A stretch of 64,000 bases of DNA from an uncultured Gammaproteobacteria bacterium (GCA_964558935.1 CAZLFP010000001.1:5299-69298); one strand, 5' to 3'; positions 37,129 through 48,246 are shown, numbered from the stretch's first letter. Numbers and translations: made by a program. The notes: a model not told the origin generated them from the sequence alone.

Positions 37129-38181
37129 ATGTTAGATAGATTAGAGCAGATCCAAACACAGTTTCAGCAGGCTTTAGCCAAGGTCAAGACCTTGGCTGAT
37201 TTAGAGTCTGTCGATAAAAAGTTTTTAGGTCGTAAGAGTGGTTTACTGACAGATTTTTTTAAAGAATTCAAGGGTTTGCCCAAAGAAGAAATGAAGAAGG
37301 TTGGTCAGATGGCCAACCAGGTTAAGATTGAGCTGACTGACAAGATTTATATGACAAAAGAAAAATTGGAACAGGGTGAACCTGATAATTTTTTTGACCC
37401 GACCGTTCCCGGTCAATCTCAGTTGGTTGGTCATTTGCATTTGGTGACTCAGGCAATTGACGAGATATCAGATATATTTAAACAAATTGGTTTTCAGAGA
37501 GTTAGATATCCGGAGGTGGAATGGGATTATTATGCTTTTGAAGCTTTAAATATGCCTGAAGATCATCCGGCTCGAGATGAGTGGGAAACTTTCTTTGTTG
37601 ACACCCAGGTTATTAACAAGAAGTTAGGCCAAAGGGTTTTAACGCCTCATACTTCTTCCGGTCAGATTAGAGAAATGGAAAAGGGTCATATGCCAATTCG
37701 GATGATGAATATTTCCAAAACTTACCGCAGACAGATAGATGCTTCGCATTCACCCATGTTTCATCAATTTGAAGGATTGCTCATAGATGAAGGAGTCAAT
37801 ATTACTCATTTGAAAGGAACTATAGATTATTTTGTTAAAAAGTTTTTTGGTCCGGACAGGAATATTCGTTTAAGACCTCATCATTTTAAATTTACAGAAC
37901 CGTCTTTTGAAGTGGATGTGTCTTGTGGAGTTTGCAATGGAACGGGCAGGATGGAAGATGGTGCTAAGTGTAAAGTTTGTAAAGATGGTTGGTTGGAACT
38001 AGCCGGAGCCGGTATGGTACATCCCAATGTTTTAAAAGCCGGTAAGATTGATCCTAAGAAGTATTCCGGTTTTGCTTTTGGCTGGGGTGTGGAAAGATGC
38101 TATATGATGAAAGCGGATTTAAACATAGATGATATTCGGTTGTTATATAAGAATGATTTAAGATTTTTAAAACAGTTTTAA
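37129..38181 (+). CDS. pheS: phenylalanine--tRNA ligase alpha subunit
   Basis: Class II core motifs (FRPHHFKFTEPSFE, GFAFGWGVER). Confidence 0.9.
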   Translation: MLDRLEQIQTQFQQALAKVKTLADLESVDKKFLGRKSGLLTDFFKEFKGLPKEEMKKVGQMANQVKIELTDKIYMTKEKLEQGEPDNFFDPTVPGQSQLVGHLHLVTQAIDEISDIFKQIGFQRVRYPEVEWDYYAFEALNMPEDHPARDEWETFFVDTQVINKKLGQRVLTPHTSSGQIREMEKGHMPIRMMNISKTYRRQIDASHSPMFHQFEGLLIDEGVNITHLKGTIDYFVKKFFGPDRNIRLRPHHFKFTEPSFEVDVSCGVCNGTGRMEDGAKCKVCKDGWLELAGAGMVHPNVLKAGKIDPKKYSGFAFGWGVERCYMMKADLNIDDIRLLYKNDLRFLKQF

Positions 38182-40542
38182 ATGAACCTCAACATTTCCT
38201 ACAATTGGCTACAAGAATACGTTAAGACTAATCTGAGTCCGGAAGAATTTGCAGCTCAGCTGTCTTTGAGCGGTCCATCCATAGATCATGTCATTAAAGC
38301 TGAACCCAGCTTCACTAAAGTGGTGGTGGGTGAAATTAAGGAATTAAAACAGCATCCTAATGCAGATAAACTGCAATTATGTCAGGTGGATATCGGTAAA
38401 GAAACCTTACCCATTGTTTGTGGTGCTCCCAATATTAAAGTTGGACAAAAAGTGCCAGTGGCTTTGGTGGGTGGCCGAGTTGGTTCTTTTGAAATTAAAA
38501 AAGCTAAGATTCGAGGTGAAGAATCTCAGGGTATGTTGTGTTCCATGAAAGAATTGGAATTGGGTGAAGATCATACCGGGATATATATTCTACCGGATTA
38601 TACTCAAGTTGGTTTACCTTTGGAAAAGGTTATGCCAATTGAAGACTACATTTTAGATACAGAAATTACTTCCAATCGTCCGGATGCCATGAGTATTATT
38701 GGAGTGGCCAGAGAGGCAGCTGCTATTTTAAACGATAAATTCACTTACTCTGAGCCGGCTCCCAATTTAAAAGTAGTTAAAGATTTGAAGTTAAGTGTGG
38801 ATATTAAGGAAAAGAAATTGTGTTCTCGTTACCAAGGTATAGTGATGACAGATATTCAAGTAGAACCTTCTCCACTTTGGATGCAGCAAAGACTGTTGTC
38901 GGCCGGACTGCGGCCAATTAATAACTTGGTGGATATTACCAACTATATCCTCTTGGAATTTGGACAGCCCATGCATGTTTTTGACTATGACAAGATTAAG
39001 GGCAGTGAGATTAATGTCAGATTGGCCAAGAAAGGTGAAAAGATTTTAGCTTTAGATGGCAAAACATATGAATTAACAGATAGCAACTTAGTCATTGCCG
39101 ACAAAGAGAATCCGGTAGCAGTCGCTGGAGTTATGGGTGGAGAGTTATCGGCTGCTACTGAAGAAACTAAGAGTATTGTTTTGGAGGCAGCTACTTTTGA
39201 TGCAGTCTCGATTAGAAAAACCGCTCGTTTGTTAAATTTACATTCAGACAGTTCAGATCTTTTTGAAAAATCCCTTAAACCCCAGGCTACGACCCCGGCA
39301 CTGCTTAGAGCGGTTGAACTGGTTAAGGAATTGGCCAGTGGTCAAGTGGCTTCCAAGGTGTATGACGAGGGCAGTTATACTGACAGAACTCAAACCATTC
39401 ACTTAGACCTGCAAAGAGTTCAGGCAGTTTTAGGAGTCAACATTAAAGATTCTGAAGTGGTTAACATCTTAAGTCAGTTGGGTTTTGAAGTTAAGGGCAA
39501 GGATGTTCTGACAGTGACAGTGCCTTGGTGGAGAAACAAGGATATTGAAGGTGAACATGATTTAATTGAAGAAATCGCTCGAATCTATGGCTATTACAAG
39601 TTACCGGCTAATTTGCCGGTAGGAAGTTTGCCGGTGGATTTAACTTCAGATTTGGAATTTAAATGGGAAAGTAAAATTAAGATTGTTTTAACAGCATTGG
39701 GCTTAAATGAAATATGCAGTTATTCTTTTGTTTCCGAAAAGCAAATTAAGCATGCTGGCTTAAATTTGAGGGATTGTGTCAAAATTGCCAACCCTTTATC
39801 TTTTGACTATGAATACATGCGGAATTCCTTGTTGCCTGGGTTGCTTCAAGCAGTTGAAGAAAACCAGGGGACAAGTCAGGATATTAATCTATTTGAACTG
39901 TCCAAGATCTATTTGGCTAACAGAAATGATTTGCCGGATGAAATAATGCAGGTGGCGGCTGTCAGAGCCGGTAAGGATGAACAGGATGTATTTGTTAGAA
40001 TGAAAGGAGATTTGGAAACTTTGTTAGATAAGTTGAATATCGCCGAAGCTGAACTTGTCCAGTTGGAGAAAGAAGAAGCCTGCTGGCCGGCTAAGCAAGC
40101 CTTGGAAGTTAAAGTGGGAAGTGAAGTGGTTGGTAGGATCGGTTTAATTAATCAAGAGGTTTTGTACTTGTTTGGCATTAAGGTGGTTGTAGCCGCTTTT
40201 GAGCTTAATTTTGAGACTTTAATGAAATTGGCCAAACCCAGTGGCAGTTATACACCTCTGCCAAAGTATCCGTCAATTGAATTAGATTTATCTTTAGAAG
40301 TTTCTCAAGAAGTGTTGTATCAGTCAATTCAAAAAACAGTTCTCAGTATAGATGATTTAATTAAGTCTGTAGAATTCTTGTCTGTATACCAAGGTAAGGG
40401 AGTGGATGAGCATAAAAAAGCGTTGGCTGTTCGGATTGTGTACCAGTCTGAAGACAAAACTTTGAAAGCTGAAGAAGCTCAGCAAGTACATGACAGAGTT
40501 GTGGCAGAGCTGAAAAAAGTGTATAATGCAAAAGTAAGATAA
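38182..40542 (+). CDS. pheT: phenylalanine--tRNA ligase beta subunit
   Basis: tRNA-binding, B3/B4, B5 and FDX-ACB domains. Adjacent to pheS. Confidence 0.9.
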   Translation: MNLNISYNWLQEYVKTNLSPEEFAAQLSLSGPSIDHVIKAEPSFTKVVVGEIKELKQHPNADKLQLCQVDIGKETLPIVCGAPNIKVGQKVPVALVGGRVGSFEIKKAKIRGEESQGMLCSMKELELGEDHTGIYILPDYTQVGLPLEKVMPIEDYILDTEITSNRPDAMSIIGVAREAAAILNDKFTYSEPAPNLKVVKDLKLSVDIKEKKLCSRYQGIVMTDIQVEPSPLWMQQRLLSAGLRPINNLVDITNYILLEFGQPMHVFDYDKIKGSEINVRLAKKGEKILALDGKTYELTDSNLVIADKENPVAVAGVMGGELSAATEETKSIVLEAATFDAVSIRKTARLLNLHSDSSDLFEKSLKPQATTPALLRAVELVKELASGQVASKVYDEGSYTDRTQTIHLDLQRVQAVLGVNIKDSEVVNILSQLGFEVKGKDVLTVTVPWWRNKDIEGEHDLIEEIARIYGYYKLPANLPVGSLPVDLTSDLEFKWESKIKIVLTALGLNEICSYSFVSEKQIKHAGLNLRDCVKIANPLSFDYEYMRNSLLPGLLQAVEENQGTSQDINLFELSKIYLANRNDLPDEIMQVAAVRAGKDEQDVFVRMKGDLETLLDKLNIAEAELVQLEKEEACWPAKQALEVKVGSEVVGRIGLINQEVLYLFGIKVVVAAFELNFETLMKLAKPSGSYTPLPKYPSIELDLSLEVSQEVLYQSIQKTVLSIDDLIKSVEFLSVYQGKGVDEHKKALAVRIVYQSEDKTLKAEEAQQVHDRVVAELKKVYNAKVR

Positions 40543-40569
40543 TATTTTTAACTTTTAAATCTAAATCCC

Positions 40570-40851
40570 ATGCTTGAAACATCAACCGACGTATTTTGGC
40601 TGGTTCTGTCTTTTGTCATATTTTGGATAGGTATTTTTGTGGGCTTGGCTTGTTATCATTTGGCCATGATCTTAAAAGATGCCAGAGAAGTAGTAAAAAA
40701 TATTAAGCGTAAGATTGAAATGGTGGATTCTATTCTGGCTATGTTTAAGGACAAGGCATCTAACACCATGAGCTATTTACCTGTCTTAATTAAGGGAGCA
40801 ACGAAAATTGTACAGACCTTTCAAAAGGAAGATAAGAGAAAGAAGAAATAA
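40570..40851 (+). CDS. hypothetical small membrane protein (93 aa)
   Basis: One or two TMs and a Lys-rich C-terminus. A terminator GGGCGCGG..CCGCGTC + T6 follows. Confidence 0.35.
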   Translation: MLETSTDVFWLVLSFVIFWIGIFVGLACYHLAMILKDAREVVKNIKRKIEMVDSILAMFKDKASNTMSYLPVLIKGATKIVQTFQKEDKRKKK

Positions 40852-40944
40852 GCATAAGTGATGAGGGGCGCGGTCAATAGCCGCGTCTTTTTTGACTAAA
40901 TAACGATAATCTTGTAATATTTAAGTATTAAATAAGTCTTACAT

Positions 40945-42432
40945 ATGACTCAGAAAACCACCCATGATGAGCGCCGTGACCGGATTGCTAAGTTAGATAA
41001 GATCAGGCAAGCCGGTGTTAATCCTTATCCGGAAAAATTCGACAAACAGCAGTCTTTAGCTGAAGCTAGAGAGCTTAAACTTGGCTCTAAGGTTAAAACA
41101 GCTGGCCGGATTATGACCAAAAGAACCATGGGTCAGATTGCCTTCTGTCATTTACAGGATTGGTCCGGTAAGATGCAGGTTGTTTTAAAGAAAGATGAAA
41201 TAGGGGATGAGAAGTTTAAGTTCTATTCCAAGTTAATTGACAATGCAGATTTTATCGGGGTGGAAGGAGAAGTTTTTAAGACTCAGAAAGGTGAGATTTC
41301 TGTTTTGGTTAAAGACTTTGTTTTTTTAGGCAAAGCGTTAAGGCCTTTGCCAGAGAAGTGGCATGGCTTAAAAGACCAAGATGCGATTTATCGTCAAAGA
41401 TATTTGGATTTGTTAATGAATGAGGATTCCAAGAAGACTTTTAAGTTTAGGAGTGATTTCATTAAAGCTGTGCGTGAATTCTATTGGCAACAAGGTTTTT
41501 CTGAAGTGGAAACTCAGACTTTGTTGCATTCTGCCACCGGGGCCACGGCTACACCCTACCAAACACATAATAATGCTTTAGATATTGATGTTTTTTTAAG
41601 AATTTCCCATGAATTGCCACTGAAAGAATTGATTGTGGGTGGCATGGAAAAGATTTTTGAATTGGGCAAAGCTTTTAGAAATGAGGGAGTGGATCCTTCT
41701 CATTTGCCGGAACATACGCATTTGGAACACTACTGCGCCTACTGGAATTTTGAAGATAATATTGAGTTTACGGAAAAGATGTTTGAATATTTGTTTGATG
41801 TTTTAAATCTGAGTCATGAATTGGAAGTAGAGGATAGGGAAGGCCAAAAACATGTCGTTAACTGGAAAACTCCTTGGCCAAGAGTGGATTTTATTGACAT
41901 GCTTAAAACAGATACGGGTATCGATATTATGCAGTATGAGGATGCTAAGAGTTTGTTGAAAGAAATTAAGCAGAACAAGATTGAATTTGAAGATATGGAT
42001 AAGATGACTTTAACCGGTTTGGTGGATAATTTATACAAAAAAGTATCTCGTCCCAAATTAATTAACCCGGTTATATTATATAACTATCCCAAGTACTTAC
42101 AGCCCTTGGCCAGAGTGAGTGATGAAAACAGTGATTTAGTGGATCAATTCCAATTGGTAGTGAATGGCTGGGAAGTGGTTAAGGCTTACAGCGAATTGGT
42201 CGATCCAATTGACCAAAAAGAAAGATTTAATCAACAGAACAGAGCAGCTAAGTCGGGAGATTCAGAGGTTATGGCCACAGATGACTCATTTGTGACTGCT
42301 TTGGAGCATGGTGCTCCGCCTATCTCCGGCTGGGGCATGGGTGTTGACCGGATGGTAGCTATTTTGTCGGGCCAGACAAATTTAAGAGACGTGGTTTTGT
42401 TTCCGCTTCTAAGGCCGGAAGATAAGAAATAA
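40945..42432 (+). CDS. lysS: lysine--tRNA ligase (class II)
   Basis: OB anticodon-binding domain and class II motifs (GGMEKIFELGKAFRNEG). Confidence 0.9.
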   Translation: MTQKTTHDERRDRIAKLDKIRQAGVNPYPEKFDKQQSLAEARELKLGSKVKTAGRIMTKRTMGQIAFCHLQDWSGKMQVVLKKDEIGDEKFKFYSKLIDNADFIGVEGEVFKTQKGEISVLVKDFVFLGKALRPLPEKWHGLKDQDAIYRQRYLDLLMNEDSKKTFKFRSDFIKAVREFYWQQGFSEVETQTLLHSATGATATPYQTHNNALDIDVFLRISHELPLKELIVGGMEKIFELGKAFRNEGVDPSHLPEHTHLEHYCAYWNFEDNIEFTEKMFEYLFDVLNLSHELEVEDREGQKHVVNWKTPWPRVDFIDMLKTDTGIDIMQYEDAKSLLKEIKQNKIEFEDMDKMTLTGLVDNLYKKVSRPKLINPVILYNYPKYLQPLARVSDENSDLVDQFQLVVNGWEVVKAYSELVDPIDQKERFNQQNRAAKSGDSEVMATDDSFVTALEHGAPPISGWGMGVDRMVAILSGQTNLRDVVLFPLLRPEDKK

Positions 42433-42446
42433 TATTATTTAAACAT

Positions 42447-43703
42447 ATGTTAGACATTAATCGTATCAGGGAGGAACAAGCAGTAGTTAAAATGGCGCTA
42501 CTTAAAAGAATGGAAGAAAAAGAAGTGGACCAAGCCTTGTCTTTGGTTTTAGCTTTGGACGAAGAAAGACGTCAGTATATTCAGAAGGCTGAAGACCTAA
42601 AAGCCGAAAGAAATAAGTATTCTAAAACCAAGCCCAGTCCTGAGATTATTGAAAAAATGAAGAGCGTAGGTGAAGACATTAAGAAATTGGATGAAAAATT
42701 AAAAACAACAGATGATAAGTTCATTCAAGCCATGTCAGAACTGCCAAATCTACCGGCTGAGGATGTGGTAGCCGGCGGCAAAGAAAATAACAAGATTGTT
42801 AAGACTTTTGGAGAACAACCCAAATTTGACTTTGAACCTAAAGATCATGTGGAATTAGCCACTGCTTTGGATATCATTGATTACGAAAGAGGAGTCAAGA
42901 TGTCCGGTAATGGTTTTTGGTGCTACAAGGGTAAGGGTGCTTTATTGGAGTGGGCTGTTTTAAGCTACTTCATAGATTTCCATACTCAAAATGGTTACAC
43001 CTTCATGATCCCACCCTTTTTACTGACAGAAAAATCTGCTTACACTTCCGGTCATCTGCCCAAATTCAGAGATGATTTGTTTTGGACTCAGGACGATACC
43101 TGTTTGAACGCGACTTCAGAAATGATGTTGGGGAATTACCATCGAGATGAAATTTTAGAAGAGAAAGATTTACCTTTGAAATATTGTGCTTACTCTGCTT
43201 GTTTCAGACGCGAAGCCGGTTCGTATCGTAAAGAAGAAAGAGGCATGATTCGAGGTCATCAGTTTAACAAAATAGAAATGTTCCAGTTTACAGATAAAAA
43301 CAATTCTTGGCCGGCTTTTGACGAACTGGTTAAAAATGCGGAAGCCTTGGTGGAAGGCTTGGGACTGCATTACCAAACCACTTTACTCTCAGCCGGTGAT
43401 GCTTCAGCTGCCATGGCTAAGACTATGGATATTGAAGTATGGATTCCTTCCATGCAGGTATATAAAGAGGTTTCATCTGCTTCCAATGCTCTGGATTACC
43501 AAGCCAGACGTGGCAATGTCAGGTATAAAGATAAGCAGACAGGCAAGAATGAATTTGTACATACTTTAAATGCTTCAGGATTGGCAACTAGTCGGTTATT
43601 TCCGGCTATATTAGAACAGTTTCAGCAAAAAGATGGTTCAGTGATGATTCCAAAGGTTTTGCAACGTTGGACTGGCTTTGATCGGATTAAACCAACTAAA
43701 TAA
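42447..43703 (+). CDS. serS: serine--tRNA ligase
   Basis: N-terminal coiled coil and class II core (FRREAG, GLATSR). Confidence 0.9.
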   Translation: MLDINRIREEQAVVKMALLKRMEEKEVDQALSLVLALDEERRQYIQKAEDLKAERNKYSKTKPSPEIIEKMKSVGEDIKKLDEKLKTTDDKFIQAMSELPNLPAEDVVAGGKENNKIVKTFGEQPKFDFEPKDHVELATALDIIDYERGVKMSGNGFWCYKGKGALLEWAVLSYFIDFHTQNGYTFMIPPFLLTEKSAYTSGHLPKFRDDLFWTQDDTCLNATSEMMLGNYHRDEILEEKDLPLKYCAYSACFRREAGSYRKEERGMIRGHQFNKIEMFQFTDKNNSWPAFDELVKNAEALVEGLGLHYQTTLLSAGDASAAMAKTMDIEVWIPSMQVYKEVSSASNALDYQARRGNVRYKDKQTGKNEFVHTLNASGLATSRLFPAILEQFQQKDGSVMIPKVLQRWTGFDRIKPTK

Positions 43704-43820
43704 ATTTTTAAGACAAAACCAGGACATCGGTCCTGGTTTTAAGTTTGACTCAATTATAGAAATATGGTAGTTTAAGCATACTGAATGGTTGAAAACAACA
43801 CCGACAGGAGGGATAGATCC

Positions 43821-44741
43821 ATGAATCTAGCTCAATTTTTCGACCAATTCTGGGGTGCTACTTGGAGGAAAAATCCAGTCTGGTTTGAAGTTCAGATTGA
43901 CAAGATTAAAGAGAATATTTGGCCGGGCTGGACGTTGTTTAGCCGGATCTATGATCATCAACTTGGCGTGCTTAAAAAGCACAAATGTCCAGATGAGATA
44001 ATTGACAATTTAATGACTCAGAAGCAGGGAATATATGAGGCACTTTGCCAACTGACACCCATTCCTGGCTCATGTCATTTTTTACCGGTTATTCCGGCCA
44101 AGTGTTTGGACTTAAGGAAACAGATGAAAATGGTCAGATTTGCCAATTGTAGTGGTGAAGTTGATCCAAACTGCTCCCAAGATTACAAACAAGCGTCAGA
44201 CGTACCGGATCAGCCTTACTATGTCTTGGGTTTGGACGTTCATCAAGATCTAAGACATCGAATGCTCGATCTGTCCATTGCTCTGAATCGATTTCATCAT
44301 GAGCAAGATTCAGAAGGTATTAGCTGGCTTAAAGGCATTGATGACCAAACAATATTAAGATCGGTGATGCTGTGCCATGAGCTGTCCGGAGCTAAACCCA
44401 TTACGGCCTGTGAAGGCATTGCCATGGGCATTCACAGTCAAGACAGCTTTTTCTTGGGCAATGGTGCCAAGATCCACTGTCTGGGTTCCATTATCGAAGT
44501 TAATGGCCAGACAGATCCGGTTGAGATTTCCAAGGGTTATCCCGTGAAGTGTTGTCTAGAAGATTTTGGTTTTGACCGTGATAATGTCTCAGGTGATGAG
44601 ACTATTATGGTTAAGCATATGACCAACTGGCTGGCATCCATCAATTTCGTCCGTGACGATGCCGCGGTACTGGGTGGTATGATGACCAGCTTGGATCCCG
44701 GAGACTATTTCCCGTCTTGCCAGGTACGCGTCGCTGGTTAG
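43821..44741 (+). CDS. hypothetical Cys-rich protein (306 aa), GC-elevated
   Basis: SD AGGAGGG precedes ATG 43821. A terminator is shared with the convergent histidine kinase gene. Confidence 0.45.
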   Translation: MNLAQFFDQFWGATWRKNPVWFEVQIDKIKENIWPGWTLFSRIYDHQLGVLKKHKCPDEIIDNLMTQKQGIYEALCQLTPIPGSCHFLPVIPAKCLDLRKQMKMVRFANCSGEVDPNCSQDYKQASDVPDQPYYVLGLDVHQDLRHRMLDLSIALNRFHHEQDSEGISWLKGIDDQTILRSVMLCHELSGAKPITACEGIAMGIHSQDSFFLGNGAKIHCLGSIIEVNGQTDPVEISKGYPVKCCLEDFGFDRDNVSGDETIMVKHMTNWLASINFVRDDAAVLGGMMTSLDPGDYFPSCQVRVAG

Positions 44742-44758
44742 ACTATTGGAGTGAGCTG

Positions 44759-45637
44759 TTATTGCTCACTCTTTTTATGTTCAGCGTTAAAAGGTAATAT
44801 GAGGCTAAACTGGCTGCCTTGTCCAGGACAATTAAGAACATTGATTTGAGCCTTAAAATCTGTCTTTAACATGTGTTTGGTTAAAGACAGACCCAGGCCG
44901 GTCTTGGTTTGGTTGGAGAAAAGAGGATCAAAAATTTTGTCTAACCGGCTTTTGTTAATACCTCCGGCTTGGTCACGAATGGTCAGATAATAATGAGTGG
45001 GCTGAACTTTAAGATTGATTTGGATAGTCTTGTCGGTGGTGTTTTGACCTTGGTAAGCTTCAATAATGTTGTTAAGTAGATTGATAATAATCTGACGAAA
45101 AGAATTCTGTCTGCCGAATAATTCAGCTTGGGGTGAGATATTGATAATAACTCGAATGTTTTCCTTGACTAAAGGATAGTGTAGGATATCTACGGCTTGT
45201 TCAAAGGTGGTTTTAAGATTAAAACATTGATCTATAAACTGATTTTGGAATTGAACTCGGTTAGATTCAATAACTTGTTGGATTTTTTGGCTGCAAGATA
45301 CAGCTTGGTTTAAAAAAGGATTGGCCTGCTGTTGCTCCAGTTGGTACAGACTCAAATTCAAGCCAGTCAGAGGATTGGATAAATCATGGAGTAGGCCGGT
45401 AGTTTGTTGTCCTAAACTGGCTAGTTGGTAGATCTGTAACAGTTGCAACTGTTTGTTGAGAATATCTTTTCTGACTTTAGATAGAATTGAGATAGTGATT
45501 AAAATACCGGCCAGTAAAGCCGGTATAAAGAAGATGGGGGAGAGTACTTTAATCAATGGTGAAGACACAAGGCCTAGCATTAATCCTGTTAATGCTCCTA
45601 TGCTGAGCCAAAGTTGTTGGTCTTTAGGTAAAAACAT
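44759..45637 (-). CDS. sensor histidine kinase
   Basis: N-terminal TMs, H-box LHDLSNPLTG and HATPase_c G-boxes. Confidence 0.8.
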   Translation of the reverse strand: MFLPKDQQLWLSIGALTGLMLGLVSSPLIKVLSPIFFIPALLAGILITISILSKVRKDILNKQLQLLQIYQLASLGQQTTGLLHDLSNPLTGLNLSLYQLEQQQANPFLNQAVSCSQKIQQVIESNRVQFQNQFIDQCFNLKTTFEQAVDILHYPLVKENIRVIINISPQAELFGRQNSFRQIIINLLNNIIEAYQGQNTTDKTIQINLKVQPTHYYLTIRDQAGGINKSRLDKIFDPLFSNQTKTGLGLSLTKHMLKTDFKAQINVLNCPGQGSQFSLILPFNAEHKKSEQ

Positions 45638-45641
45638 TATA

Positions 45642-46712
45642 TTACATGTCTCGATTAATCATATATTGGGCAATTTTATCTAAAAAGTCAATAGCGATCG
45701 GATTTAAATTTTTTTGTTTTAATTTGGGAATGTGTTCAAGAGCTTGTTCGGCATAGTGTTTTGAGATTTTTCTGGAATAATCCAAGGAGCCGGAGTCAAT
45801 CATGGCCTGTTTAGCAGCTTGAATATCTGCTTCAGTTGCCTGTTTTTGTCCCCAGACTTTGAGTAAAGCCTGTTTGTGCGTTTCAGATCCCAGATCAAAA
45901 GTCTTCATAATCAGCAGTGTACCCTTGCCCTGTAACAAGTCCGAATTGGCTGATTTACCTGTTTTAAGCGGATCTCCAAAAATACCCAAGATATCGTCTT
46001 GCAATTGGAAAGCAACACCGGCACTCATGGCATAGTCATGTAAAATATCTAAAATTGTTTGGTCCAAACCGGCCAAAATTGCTCCGATGGCCAGGGGATT
46101 GTCATAGGTATAGGTGGAAGTTTTGCTTTGATGAACAGCAATGATGTCAGCTTCTTGCCAATGGTCATGATGTTTTTCCAAATAAACGTCAAAGGCCTGA
46201 CCGTAGGCACAATGAGTTATGGATTTGAGCAGCTTAGCCATGGCTTGTGTTACCAATTCTGGATTGGAACTGGATCTTAACAGTAAATTATAGCCTAAAG
46301 TTAAAACTGCATCTCCAATATTGATAGCCATGGCATTGCCATAATGCTGGTCAATTTCTCCAAATACCTTATGAGTGGTTGGTTGACCTCTTCTCATCTC
46401 ATCCTGATCCATAAAATCATCATGCATCAGTAGGGCGGTGTGAACTAATTCCACAGCCATACCCGCGTAATAGATTTTGTCATCTACTTGGTCGGATTCT
46501 TGTCCAAGCAGATAACCGTAATAGACCAAGGCGGCTCGTAATCTTTTGGCTTTACGCAGATTATGCTCTTTTGCATGCTCAATTAAGGTTTTAACAAGCT
46601 CTTTTTGTTTCAAATTAAAACCAAAGTTGGCAGCCAATTCTTGATCCCAGTATGTGGCTAGTTTTTGGTCAAAAATCTCAGCTATCTGTTTAAGTTGTTG
46701 TTTAATATCCAT
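45642..46712 (-). CDS. polyprenyl diphosphate synthase (trans-isoprenyl, GGPP/FPP synthase-like)
   Basis: FARM motif LMHDDFMDQDEMRRG and SARM motif FQLQDDILG. Confidence 0.8.
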   Translation of the reverse strand: MDIKQQLKQIAEIFDQKLATYWDQELAANFGFNLKQKELVKTLIEHAKEHNLRKAKRLRAALVYYGYLLGQESDQVDDKIYYAGMAVELVHTALLMHDDFMDQDEMRRGQPTTHKVFGEIDQHYGNAMAINIGDAVLTLGYNLLLRSSSNPELVTQAMAKLLKSITHCAYGQAFDVYLEKHHDHWQEADIIAVHQSKTSTYTYDNPLAIGAILAGLDQTILDILHDYAMSAGVAFQLQDDILGIFGDPLKTGKSANSDLLQGKGTLLIMKTFDLGSETHKQALLKVWGQKQATEADIQAAKQAMIDSGSLDYSRKISKHYAEQALEHIPKLKQKNLNPIAIDFLDKIAQYMINRDM

Positions 46713-46719
46713 GTGGTAT

Positions 46720-47391
46720 TTATTCTGCTTCTATCTTGTACCCGCGTCCAGGTACGGTGTGAATTAATTTGGCTGTACTCTGTCGATCTATTTTTTTTCT
46801 TAAGTTTAAGATATGGGTTTCAATGGTATTGGAAAAAGGATCGGCATTCATGTCCCAGACGTGTTCCATGATATTGGAACGGGACAAGACAATACCTTCA
46901 TGCTGCATTAAATACTCCAGCAAGATGAATTCTTTTTTAGTTAAATAGATTTTTCTATCACCTCTTTTGACCACATGCTTTTTAGCGTCAATCATCAGAT
47001 CTGAAACATGTAATACCTCACTCAGCATGCTTTTAGGACGTCTGAGGATGGCTTTGATCCTGGCCATTAATTCATCTTGGGCAAAGGGTTTAGTCAAGTA
47101 ATCATCTACCCCGGCATTTAAAAGCTCAATCTTAGTGGGCAATTCAGTTTTAGCTGACAGTACTAAAATTGGTACTTTCAGACCATCTGATCTAATTTCG
47201 CGGCAGGTCATCAAACCATCTTGTTTGGGAAGCATTAAATCCAGTAAGATCAGATCATAGTCATTGGTTCTGGCTAAGAACGAACCTTTTTCGCCATCGT
47301 GAGCCAGATCCACCAAGAAACGTTCATTTTCTAAACTTAATTTCAAGGATTGGGCCAAGGTTAAATCATCGTCAATAATTAGAAGTCGCAT
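46720..47391 (-). CDS. response regulator, OmpR/PhoB family
   Basis: Receiver domain (LLIIDDD, D...LMLPK) and winged-helix output domain. Confidence 0.85.
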   Translation of the reverse strand: MRLLIIDDDLTLAQSLKLSLENERFLVDLAHDGEKGSFLARTNDYDLILLDLMLPKQDGLMTCREIRSDGLKVPILVLSAKTELPTKIELLNAGVDDYLTKPFAQDELMARIKAILRRPKSMLSEVLHVSDLMIDAKKHVVKRGDRKIYLTKKEFILLEYLMQHEGIVLSRSNIMEHVWDMNADPFSNTIETHILNLRKKIDRQSTAKLIHTVPGRGYKIEAE

Positions 47392-47651
47392 AAGCTCATA
47401 GTTATTAATTAGATTATTAAAGCCGAAAATGCTAAATAAATCAAGTCAAAAATACTAATTTGAGCTTACCCGTTATCTATTGATTGAAAGATCAATTAAT
47501 TATCAAGAAAATATCAAGATATTTAGGCCTAATTTAAGATATTTTTTGTTTAATATCAGTATTTATTGTATAATATATTAGAATTTTAAACAATTAATTA
47601 ACAAAAAAAGAGCCATCGCGATGATGACTCTTACTGGTCCGTAAACGAAAT

Positions 47652-48173
47652 TTAGTCTGTTAGATGCAATTCCAACTGGTCGGGATTGTCAGAATCATCC
47701 TGACTCAGGATCTCATCCCGACTCAGCAAACGTAGCGCCATCACTTCCGGACCAGGTCCCCAGAATTGCCGGAGCTCATTCAATTGCTGTTTATTGGGAC
47801 GGATACGATCTGACAGGTCCATCAGTTCGTAAATGACAGTGGCAATGGCTGGAGCCATTTCCAGTAGAATGTAGGCAATCTCTTCTTGGTCGCCCTGAAC
47901 GCCAGCCCGTGTCAGACCCAATTCCAAGGCAGCTTTGAGTTCATAGCTCCAGAGTCGAACTCGAAATTGTTTGGCTTGAGACAGAATGGTTTTGAGCTCC
48001 ATATCCGAGTCGAGCTGGTAGGGCAGAATATCATCTGCCAGCCCTTCAGACTGGAGTTGAGACAAATCTTGACCCTGTCTCATGGCATTAATCATGCCCG
48101 TAGTGAGCAGAGCCACGGTGTCCAGGACTTGCGCCTTTACGCATTGACGCTCGTTGTGAGCTTGTTCCGCCAT
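47652..48173 (-). CDS. hypothetical protein (173 aa), markedly GC-elevated
   Basis: Strong SD GGGAGGAAAG precedes the ATG. Confidence 0.45.
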   Translation of the reverse strand: MAEQAHNERQCVKAQVLDTVALLTTGMINAMRQGQDLSQLQSEGLADDILPYQLDSDMELKTILSQAKQFRVRLWSYELKAALELGLTRAGVQGDQEEIAYILLEMAPAIATVIYELMDLSDRIRPNKQQLNELRQFWGPGPEVMALRLLSRDEILSQDDSDNPDQLELHLTD

Positions 48174-48246
48174 AGTGCTTTCCTCCCGTTGTTTTGCCTT
48201 AGGACCAGTATTTAAATATTACCACTATATATTATTTTTGTCAACC

